NCBI GenBank assembly: GCA_002633005.1 | Contig: NMRA01000048.1 | Span: 920,479-984,478 of the forward strand | Reading direction: 5' to 3' | Origin: Phoronis australis | Taxonomy: Eukaryota; Animalia; Phoronida | DNA: 64,000 nucleotides | Part shown: positions 42,099 to 52,921 of the stretch, piece after piece | Layout of the letters: the number at the start of each line of letters is the position of its first letter | Position numbering within the stretch: the stretch's first letter is position 1 | Translations under genes and position numbers: made by a program | The notes under the pieces: generated by a model | What the model saw: the letters and a program-made list of their open reading frames with translations, nothing else | What the model was told of the DNA's origin: nothing | The model's database searches: none

Positions 42099-45000
42099 TT
42101 CGAAGTGTGAAACTTAAAATCAATAGATGGGTGTTGAGCGTATGTATTTAAAAAAAATTATTGAATAACTTGAGGTGGCGTTCACCTGAACATCCTTTTG
42201 TTGTGAGTTACATTGAAGTATGTCAGACACTTCATTAGTAAGAGTCAAATAAAACTTTTGCAAATGTAGACAGCAAAGTATACATCATAAGTAAGCAAAT
42301 TGTGCACATTTGCAGAACAAAAAATATTTATTGGGCATTCAGAAAGATTTGACGGGTGCTTTACGTTCTAACTGAACTGTATATGTTTGCGGTGGCTCAC
42401 AGCTGAACATGGGCAATTTATTTCACAGTGAATATTTGGGTGTGTACATTAGACAAAATACCACCTTAGTGACATGTATGTGTCTCAATGGGTGGCAGTG
42501 AGTCCCCAGGTGTTCACTTCAATTCTTGCCTATGGAAGTCATTTGTAGTGTACTGCAGGATTTAAAGTTTAACACAGAATGGGTTTTATAGGACGCTGTT
42601 TTTCTTTCATACGTGTTTGTAGAACATATGGAGTATTTCATGTAATGCAAGTTTTTACATCCAGCTATGTTAAATGCTCGCATGTTTTGTCTGAGGTGGT
42701 AACTGATCTGAATGAGTTTCCTTAGTTACTTCTTAGGAATTAAGAATGATTAAGTCGAGCTGATCTAATCTTTAATAATTCGGTTTTACAAAAAGGATTA
42801 TATGAGACTTTATTTAATGTTTAATGTTTTTATGAATCTCTGACACACAAAACTTGGCTTGTTACTTACTTAGTAAATGATTTATCAGTAAAGTCAACCA
42901 AAATTTTCATGTTAGTTAATAACATTCCATTAAGCTTTCCGTCCAGAATATTTTTCCAGTGTTGTGGCCTTCCTGTGGAAAAATGGAAAAGTTGCAGCAA
43001 TTTTCCATGTAAATACACAATTTGCTTGTAATCAACTTCTCGCCTTAAATTGTGAATTGGAGGATTACTCAGAATATGTAGTCTACAGAAAACTCCAGTT
43101 TATACTTATGATTGGTAATTTAAGTCAAAATCACTTGTTTTGTATGTTTGGTAAGGCGTGAATGTGTCGGGAACAATTTGTTGAAAATAAAGTTGTTTAA
43201 ACTGTACTGGTTTTATCTGTGAAATAAACTCATCAACAAGAAATTGGCGGTGGTGAACGTGTGGCGTTTATCTCAAGCGAAAGGCTGCCGCTGGAGTGGC
43301 AGATATTCTTTGACCCTCACTTTTAAGTTCTCAGAGCTCTTTAGACAGCTCGACATAATACCAATGCGTAAATTAGAACAAAATCACTCCGTATCAAAAA
43401 AATTGTCACAATATGCATATATTTAGTGCCGTGATAACAAATAGTACTAGACCGCTGGTCTGGCACAATTTACGGTATTTAAAGGTACACTACATAATCC
43501 GTACAGGTACATTTACTGTACAAACACATAAAAATTTCATGAAAGGAACCATTCGCGAGTTTGACTCAGTCACTTGTAGTTGGATAGTCGGACGATTGTT
43601 CGATTCCGCATTCCATTATTGACCTTTTTACATGAGCACTGCCAGAGGAGTAGGTCTCTAATTAAGATCACATCATACCCATACCCAGCATGTGTCTTGG
43701 GGGGGGGGGGGGNNNNNNNNNNNNNNNNNNNNNNNNNNNNNNNNNNNNNNNNNNNNNNNNNNNNNNNNNNNNNNNCCCCCCCCCCCCCATACATCACGCG
43801 ACTGACGTTAAGATGAGTTTTCATTATTCATCGACCAAAACCATCCATCAGTCAGCTAGAAGTGAACCAATGAATATATTCAAGTTTTAATTGTGGGTGT
43901 GGCTAGTGGCCAGTGTTCAAGGTAATTTGTTAAGTTGTGGCTTCTTGGCTCTCATTTTAACTGGGAGACTCGTCGGCCTCTTAAAGTTAAATAACATGTG
44001 AAATCATGAGTGTAGACTAAATTGACACTGAGTCGGGTAACAGTTCATTGAAATTGCCTTTTCTGGGTTACAATGCAGGATACAGTCCCAAAAAAGCTAA
44101 GGCAATTGAGATCAAATGACGTCAATCTATGTGTCTATAATGAAACAGCTACTATAGCTATAAATTTCCTCATGAGATACTAGCGAGTTCAGCTCATGGC
44201 AACGAATTTACATTCATCGGTTGGCAGCATGAGACAACTGAATAGCTTACTGGCTGCAAAATACCACTGCTTTCCTCAAAATATCAGGCTCCCAAAGTTC
44301 TTTAAGATTATGTCAAAAACATGAAAATGACCAAGTTTGGCTAACTTCGGAACATCGTATCTCGGAAAGGCTGATCGGGTTTATTTGAAACTTTCAGATG
44401 TACGCTTCAACTGTTCTGCAAAAGCAGTACTTGTTTCAGTCAGCTGTGCGCGCCGCCCATGAGTTAGGAATGGCCGGCTTTGACTGAAATGTTTCTCTTT
44501 TACATGAGAAGTTACCAAAAATAGGACTTTTGTGTTTCTATAAAAAAATAATAATAAGTTGGATGAAACAAAAGCGGGGCGATAACTGATTTTTCAGATT
44601 TTATCTTAGTTACCACTGCAGCTAATTTGTCCTTTTGTGGGGATTTCAGGTCGACATATCTGATTGTGTGTATTAAGTATCGGACAGCTGTGTACTTACT
44701 GGGTTCATATAGCGCGCGTGCACAGGGTTAATATAATGCGCGTGCCCATAGAAATGGACCCTCTCATCGTACAAGCCTTCTTCAGTTGCAGTTTGAGCTG
44801 GGACACAAAGCTGTCGAGAATACTAAAGGCGCAGAGTATATGTTTGTCCGGTTTGTTATTAGCTGACAACCTTTATCGATTACTTCAGTACCGACAAACT
44901 TACAGTGAAAAGTTTATTTAGAAAAAAGTATTACCGAGATAATTGAGAAAGCACAGATACAGGTTATATGAATTTAAAAATTCGGCTTGCTAAGGCGTAC

Positions 45001-45622
45001 CCCAAATCCCGGAGGAGGGAGCGTTCGCACCTGACGCCTCCCCTCAGATACTGGCATAATTCCGTAGTCGATTTGAAATAGAATAGCTAGTTCAGTGTCA
45101 CAGGCAAACAGGTAGCATCAAATTCCTTGCCAGTGTACTAACTGATGATTGCCAAAAACTTGCTACGGGAAGCGTGCACGGAGATTTTCACTATGCATGT
45201 ATGGCCTAGAACTCCAAAGGTTACCGTAACTATTGGAATAACACGCCGATTATACAGCCAACAGTGCAGAACAAAATATCGCTTCCCTTGTATGACGGCT
45301 AACAAAAAGTATTGGTAATAACTATTAACGGGGAAATATACTATTTTAGAATGGCTTGGCTGCCTTTTAATGCCCCTTCATTCTCAGTGGATGGCAAGGA
45401 ACACTACAGAGACGTTCAAGGAATTTGGTTTCTGCTCAACCCGGCTTCATGACGGGCCATTCTAGGACCCCGGCGTAATCTAATCTCCTTACTCGAAATT
45501 TACGGTTATTTTCAAGTCGACTCCTGTCAACTTCAGACAAAAGTATTACAGTTACACTACAATTAAACTATAGCATGTTTGCTCAAGACAAGTATCTATC
45601 ATTATATGTTCAAGTATATTAT

Positions 45623-46383
45623 CATAGGCGGATTTAGGGGGGGCCCAGGGGGGCCTCCCCCCCCCCCCTGCGGCTGCCGCAAAAAGATAAAACAGTAAGC
45701 GCGTAGGGAAATGGTGAGTTTATTAATTAACCCCGGTAATTAAAATTATACGAATGAAAAGAAGATTTAAATGTGTGCAGTTTTAGTGTTGGGGGGCGGG
45801 GGCTCAAACCCAATTTCAAGTGTCAAATTCGGAACACGGCGCATCCGTAACGGAGCAATGGCTAAGTATAGGCTCTCCTGCGATACCCCAGGCGACCGGC
45901 AGTCTTTTGGGCATTTGAAGACTATTTTAAATACGACAAATTTGTTAACAATTGATGGCACAAAATATAAAACGTGTAATAAGCATTACGAAAAGAAGTA
46001 GGTTTTGCGCGCAAACGCTGTGGACCATAAACAAGTAGGTCTTTTAGTATGAGATATTTAGTTAAATCGTGGTGGTGTAGTGGTAACGTACGCGCTCTCT
46101 ATCCGCCAGGTCGTGAGATCGAGTCTTTGGTACGTTCAGGTTTTCCTCTTTGACACGTTCTCCGTGTTTTTTTTTTTTTCTTGGATAATACTTCAGGAAT
46201 CAAGGAAAATACTTTATTTTTAGAGGTAAAAACAGAAGGTCGGGAGGGGGGCAAACCCCCCTCCCGACCTAGCTCCCCCCATTCGGTGCTATGCGCATCT
46301 ACAATCGTGGTGCAGTTTGCGCAAATGCTTACAGCCGGACAAAATTTTGGGCCCCCCCTTGTGATATCCTAGATCCGCCACTG
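45623..46383. mobile_element. hAT-like non-autonomous element (family A, copy 2), 5-bp TSD ATTAT
   Basis: Termini CATAGGCGGAT / ATCCGCCACTG with ATTAT on both sides. It has an internal deletion relative to copies 1 and 3. Confidence 0.9.
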
Positions 46384-46951
46384 ATTATGCAAATGAGATT
46401 CTAGTCAGTACAAGTTTGTACTTGATAACCCCTAGATTCGGGCAAAAACTCGTGTAAAAACTTGGGATTTCGAGTTAAAAAATTGAAATTTGTCTTCAAG
46501 TTTGACCTCGAGGAAAAAGATTAGCCCACAAGCCCATGTCGTTTTGCCTGAAAACTTTTGTAGTGTACCGTTCCACCGATTAAATGGAAAACTAGTGAAA
46601 TTGCTCATTACACTTCCAAGACTTGTGTTAGTAACATGGCAGACTACTGTAGTTTTTACGTACGAATTGCAATGTTGAGGTGTTTTGCGAAAAATGGCAA
46701 CTAGTAATCAGCAGGACCAAACTTGTGATTCAGTTTCCAGAGGTTACCTACGTATTTATGAAAATTGGTCCACCATTCATAAAGAACGAACTGAAGCTGA
46801 TCCCTGTTTAATATCTTAGTACTTCCGATATCTTGGTACTTGCTCCACTACTAAATGTGTTTGGGCTAAATTTCAAATATAGCTTTAAACAAGGAAAGGC
46901 CCGTTTTTGTTGAAACAGTGTACCTCAAAAATTTTAAGTGTTCTTGCAAAT

Positions 46952-47155
46952 GTTTGGTTATATGAAACTGTTGATGTTAATGTATGGTTGAGTTTGGTTA
47001 TATGCAACTGTAAAGTTAATGTATGGTTGAGTTTGGTTATATGAAACTGTAAAGTTAATGTATGGTTGAGTTTGGTTATATGAAACTGTAAAGTTAATGT
47101 ATGGTTGAGTTTGGTTATATGAAACTGTTGATAATGTTAATGTATGGTTGAGTTT
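46952..47155. repeat. Minisatellite, ~39-bp unit x5
   Basis: tttggttatatgaaactgtaaagttaatgtatggttgag repeated. Confidence 0.93.
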
Positions 47156-47388
47156 GCTGGAGGTTAGAATGATCAATCATAGCAAAAAGTCCACTTCACA
47201 CCACTACGATTTCTTGCACCAAATCTATGGAACGCATACAAAGATTTCGCAAAAATAGAGAGTGAGTTGCTTACCACTTTTTTGTAGCTGGGTATTGAAA
47301 TGTTAAGAAAAATAATTTTGTTTTCACATATTTTTTTAATTTTTACTTTCTCTCGACAACCAATGCACAAGTATACAAAGGTGATCAT

Positions 47389-50300
47389 TTAGGCTGTAAC
47401 TTCCTTGTCTTTCTTTAGAGGACCCATAAAGTTCTTCTTCTCCTCGTGAGTCTGGAAGCGACCATGACCAAACTTGCTGGCAGTATCGATGAACTTGAGG
47501 GTGATCTTCTCCAGGGCACGTCTTTTGGTGTGGGTTAACAGACTCTGCAAGCAAACAGGTGAATGATTGTGAATGGATTAATTCATAAGCTTAGGTTCAA
47601 CTTGCATTATTGTCCAGGGGTGAAGATTCAAGGCTTAAAGCCTACCTTCAAGGAACTTTGTTTAGATGTATTGGGCTAATCAGGTATCCCAGCAAAAAAT
47701 AAGCAAAATAAGAAAATGTGAGTTTAAATCACGCAAATGTAGGCCCGTCACATGCTAGGTGAAGCTGTCTACGTGCCATATTGCATCACCATGAGACCTC
47801 AGCACATAAAAGGCCGATAACAGTAGTATTGAATAGGGTCCGAATAGAACACCTATGTGTGTGGGTGTTATTCACAGCTGTTTGAATCAGAAGGTGATTC
47901 TCGTGGCGACAAAAGCAAGCCAACAACATAACAGTTTGTAAAAAAATTGACAATTTATGGCACTAGTAGGCTCAGAGCAATGATCCCAAAAACATACCGT
48001 AGGAACCAAATTTACAGGCATTACCGTTCAAGATAGGCTTTAAATTCCTAGGCACGAGGATAATTTAATATATATACTCACGAGCTATCCTATCCTACCA
48101 TATGAAAAAAATTCCGCACGATTAGTAACTGGCCACCAATAGAGAATAACGCAAAAGCACAAATCTCATTTTTTGTACACAAACTTGATAACAGCTACTG
48201 TGGTCATAACACTTGGCATATTCAACAGGTCTACTCTTTACCTTGCGGAGTGTGAGAACGCGTTTCTTGGTACCAACAACACATCCCTTCAACATGACAA
48301 AGTCCTGGTTCACTTCACCATAATGGGGGAATCCTCCCATGGGAGTGATACTCTTCTCAGTAATATCATACTCAGTCGATGCGTTGTTCTTGACAACCTG
48401 AAGTATATCGATTGCGTCAAAGATCAACCATTGTGAACATTTATGCTAGGGATAATTGAAAAAGCAGTTGTGTCCATAGAAGTTGCAAGCAATTGCAAGT
48501 GATTACATGACAGACACAATATGCAACACAAAATTTTAAGTCGGTGATTCAGACAGTATCAAAGAAAATCACAGTTCTTGCAATCTGAGATTTCTCTCCA
48601 CACTTAAAAACAGTTTAGGGGAAACAGCGACGTACATTTACATGTTGTATAATCCAGGGCTTGGAATGACCAATGACCTCCCACCCCCACACATTTTTGG
48701 CTGCAGAGCCGTAGTATTTGTCACCGCGGTTTACATTCACACAAGCCGCCATTGAAAATCCCACCACGCTATCCCAGATGCCCCGACAATGTTGACAATT
48801 TACGTTCCTCCGAAACATAAAAAAGCAACTTCCGCTTTTCGAGGTGAACGTCGTCGGCAACGCCGTGGTAAGAAAGGAATTTGCCGCGGAAATTTTACAT
48901 CAAATCCGATTTTTTTACACGGAAATATAATAAAATGCGCGGACAGAACATTTGAAAAAAAGCGGAAATCCGCGTTTCCGCGGAAAATTCCAAGCCCTGA
49001 TAATCAATTACAAACAGTGCCTTAATGGCATAGTCACAGGCATACCTTGCCTTCCTTAGTGTGGATGCCAGCTCCAATGCGGTAGATCTTCTTGTTGATC
49101 TCCGTACGGTGGTGGTAACCCTTCTGACCAGCACGGGCTACAGAGAAGCCGACACGACTGGGATGCCAGGCTCCAATACAGGCCACCTTACGTAAACCTT
49201 TATGGGTCTTGCGTGGCAGCTTCTTGGTATGCCACCTGCTGGTGACACCTGTAATACAACGTAAACAATCAGTCTCATTCCTCAAGAACAGAATATACAC
49301 TGCAAGGCAACACTGTTAACTAGGGACAGAATTTCCACAACTACAAATATTCTTCCAGGTAATATTCCACACCTCCAGTATTTGTAATGAGCATTCATGC
49401 ATTTTCCTCGTATGCCAAGTTCGTGTCCAGAAAGCTTCTCCCAAAAGTTACACCCACTGACTTGACAAGTACTAACCTTTGAACCCTTTACCCTTGGTCA
49501 CACAAGTACTAACCTTTGAACCCTTTACCCTTGGTCACACAAGTACTCACCTTTGAACCCTTTACCCTTAGTCACACCAATCACGTCAATCAGCTCATCC
49601 TGTGCAAACACACTGTTGATAGGTAACTTCTGCTCCAGATGCTGACGGGCCCATTCCACCTTGTCAGCTACAGTGCCACCGTTCAACTGGATCTCCATAA
49701 TATGTGCCTTCTTCTGCCGCTTCTTCAACAGTTTCATCTGAAGAGGGAGACAAGACTTCAGAAAGGAGCAGGACAGCTTTTTGTATTGCGATCATTTAAA
49801 AGGGAACTCATCCATTTTTGACATTAAGCTGAGTGCAAATGCAGATCCCTGGCTATCTCATGTTTTTCATTGTTTTAATCACCGTTACACTGGCGTTTAT
49901 TTACTACCACAGGAACAATATCATAATACATAAATGGCCCAGCACCTTGGCTCTGCATTCACTTCTATACAGCAAACATGGTCTAAACACTACTGAACAC
50001 AGTCTATGTTGGTTATTGTGTTTGCACAAGGAAAGTAAATGCAAATCAAGATGCCGACCTTTACATCACATTCCATTATTCCTAACACACAAACCACGGG
50101 AACATGAAAAAAGGATTCTGCAAGACAAGGCTTTTGTAATTTTGCCTTTCCCCCTTAGCACTCCTCATTATCAGACTTGGCTTAAGTGACTGTAATTATT
50201 TTTCACTCAACACTAACATTTAACCAATGCAGTAATATTATAACGTATCAAAAATGAGGCAAATCTCATGGTGTTAATCACATGAAATGAACCAATGTCA

Positions 50301-52590
50301 GGGGGTAATCAAACTCTTACCACAGGCTGCCATACTCCTTCCCACAAATAATTCACAATAAACAACCCCCCAGACGAGGACCAGTGGGTGCTTGGTGCCT
50401 GTGTAACAGTCATTGTCTATGCATGGTCAGTTCTCAGGGTGCATGGTGTTTTGCGGGGTTGCAAAGGCAAAGCTTCTGCAGTAAGTGCTCTCTAACTCTG
50501 GTTAAAGTTTAACTGCCATTCCCAAATGCTTTCATTGATAAGCAAACACAACATATTGTTCGTGACCATATTACATGTTACCTGAGTGTGAGCGATGATA
50601 CGGATCACTTTGCAGTACTTCTTCATCTTGTTGAAGTCCTTCTCGATGGCCTGCTTGCCCTCCTCATCCTTCCACTTCTTGCCGTACTTGGTGAAAGCCT
50701 TCTTCTTAGACTTGTACCTGGATGTGGGGAGGGACCAGATACCGTCACCATCCTCATCACGAACACCAAGTGCGTGAGCGGAGGATTGAGAACGGGTGTG
50801 CCTTATACAGTCCATGGGCACTAATGGTGGCCAGAGGGACAGACACGTGACATGAGCTCACCTGTAGAGCAGGTAGGAGCCAAGAGGGGCAGCACATTAT
50901 TAAAGACAAGGCATGACTTTTTCCACTTAAATACAAGGTCAGCATCACTGACCAGGTTTATAATCGCAAATACAAATGAACAAAAAGAACAGAATTTTCT
51001 TGCCAAAAGTAAACAATGGTTGAACTGAATTCGGTGGAAGAAGTTAATCAGTGGAAAAGTTGCAAGTATCTGTTGTGATAACACAACACCTGCAAACCTC
51101 CACAGCAAAACCACGATCATATCAATATACTTGAAGACGTAAAAATTACCCTTTTTCTCACTTTATTTATGAACGAAACTCACTGAGAGATTCAACGGTA
51201 GCAAAATGGTGGTAGCAAAATGGTGTTTAAGACTGTAAACAAAACTTTTAATTTACTAAATACCAAGGCTTCAAAAGCCAATTAAGAATGCTACAAACTC
51301 TATATATTCATGGAGCCACAAAGAAAGACAGTGACAATTACCAGTTCTTGTAGAAGCGACGGCGGCATTCCTCATTCAAATGCTCCGCCCAGACAGTCTT
51401 GAAAGTGCGCAGCCCCTTGGGTGTCTCGATGTAGCCAACAACGCCAACAGCAATCATGGGTGGAGTTTCCACAATGGTCACTGCCTCCACGATCTCCTTC
51501 TTATTGACCTTTGATCCCGGTCTGTCCACCTCACGTACAATATGCGTCATGCCTGCCTTGTAACCAATGAAAGCCGTGAGATGGACTGGCTGACTGGCAT
51601 CATCCTTGGGGAAGGCCTTGCACTTGCCCCTATGACGTCGGCTTCTTTTCTTAGGCAGGAATGCCAAAGAGCCGTGACGAGGAGCCGAGAATTTCCGATG
51701 AGACTAAAAGAACCAGATATGGTTTTCAGGAGTTTGAAACAAAAGTCTGAATATTGCAAAGTTCAAATTTATCGCAAGTTAAGGGGCAAATTGTCCCTGG
51801 TTTTGTCTATGAAACAAGCAGAGAAATGCTTGCACATATTTAAAAACATTTTAAAAGCTTGTTTTGATTCAAGTACCTAAGAACTAAAAATGATTTAACG
51901 ACGTTAACCTGGCAAAGGCAAATTCACAGCTGCGCATGCAAAACTTTATTGGATTTAAGTGTACTGATAGACAACAGTGGTCCACCTACAAGCAACTATA
52001 AACCTGCCCTCCATCAAACAGCCTAGTTTTTTATTTGGTTTGAGAAATGATTTTTGGTTTTGTAAAGAACTGACACTTAGCAAGTAGAGCCTGCCTGCCA
52101 GGTCTCAAGCAATAGCGAACAACACATTTTCTTTGAAAGCCCAGAAATGAAATCAAATCTATTCCAATTAATGAACACTTCGTGACAAAATTCATAAACG
52201 GTAAGTGAAGGAAGGCGGGTTCTGCAGCTTCTTGTACGAACTGGAATGCACTTAGGCGGATAATTTGCAGTTAAACGTGACACAAGCCGAGTGAAGCTCA
52301 AACACGGGTGGCTTTATACCGTAGAGTGGGTGGGGGTTTAATTTTTAGGATATTACATCTCGAGAGTCGAGAACCTGTGGCTTCAAACTGCGGGTTTCTT
52401 TGACTCGGAATTTTTCGTTCACTTGGGAGACGAAATAAAGAAGTAAAAACACGAAACCGAGCACAAAAACGCATCAAATGTGTAATACAAATTATCAGTG
52501 AAATAAAAACAAACTTATGTGAGATTTATTATTTGGGAAAAGCGAGATTCCCTTAGATTTTTTCAACACGCTGGAAATCCAACCCACCAT
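47389..52590 (-). CDS. RPL3: 60S ribosomal protein L3 (uL3); exons 52590-52588 (ATG only), 51703-51342, 50717-50582, 49737-49551, 49248-49046, 48397-48242, 47544-47389
   Basis: M|[20 protein letters not shown]...FYKNW|[11 protein letters not shown]...[15 protein letters not shown]...[11 protein letters not shown]...[10 protein letters not shown]. All introns are GT-AG and in phase. Confidence 0.98.
48655..48999. mobile_element. hAT-like MITE in RPL3 intron 5 with 6-bp TSD ATAATC
   Basis: Perfect 13-bp TIR CAGGGCTTGGAAT / ATTCCAAGCCCTG with ATAATC directly on both sides. Subterminal (cc)gcggaa repeats. Confidence 0.88.
49467..49577 (-). repeat. 37-bp tandem triplication of the RPL3 exon-4 3' end plus donor site
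   Basis: Sense unit gtgtgaccaagggtaaagggttcaaag|gt(g/t)agtactt. Donor GTs at 49550, 49513 and 49476. Confidence 0.93.
50718..50900 (-). promoter_or_regulatory. Putative alternative (poison) 3' splice site and 144-nt extension of RPL3 exon 3
   Basis: Sense ...cccctcttggctcctacctgctctacAG|GTGAGC (AG at 50863-50862). Joining to exon 2 gives AAC TGG TGA. GC-rich island in an AT-rich intron. Confidence 0.65.
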
Positions 52591-52921
52591 CTTCTTCGGC
52601 GAAAGAGAAAAGGACTTGAAATAGAGGCAATGACCTTTAACTGTGATTTACCTTGTTTTCATTTTGAAAATTGTTGCGTTGAAAAATTAATATGATTTAA
52701 AAGAACAGTTTCTGTATTAGGAAGGCATTTCGTGAGATGGAAACTAAATTGTGCGTTGAAAGAGGCAGCACTGAAGCTAATCCTAAACTAGCTTTTTGAT
52801 TTGAGCCATCACTGTCCAAGGTGAATTAGTTATCATAGATGCCAAAAGGTGGCAGAATCGTCGTCCTCCATTTTTTGTACGGTATTCTTTGGTGGTGTTT
52901 TCTTCAGTTGTCGTATTTACG
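52591..52921. promoter_or_regulatory. Bidirectional promoter for RPL3 (-) and NDUFB10 (+), with a TCT/5'TOP polypyrimidine initiator for RPL3
   Basis: Minus strand reads ccttttctctttc (52601-52613) gccgaagaagATG|gt. The two start codons are only ~330 bp apart. Confidence 0.8.

Noticed and set aside
43699-43788. Poly-G / poly-C inverted arms
   Set aside because: They flank an N gap and are probably a sequencing or assembly artefact.
52200-52225. gccttcctt (sense) resembling the SNORD83 guide for 18S rRNA in RPL3 intron 1
   Set aside because: Only 9 nt, not followed by a CTGA D box, and no C box upstream.
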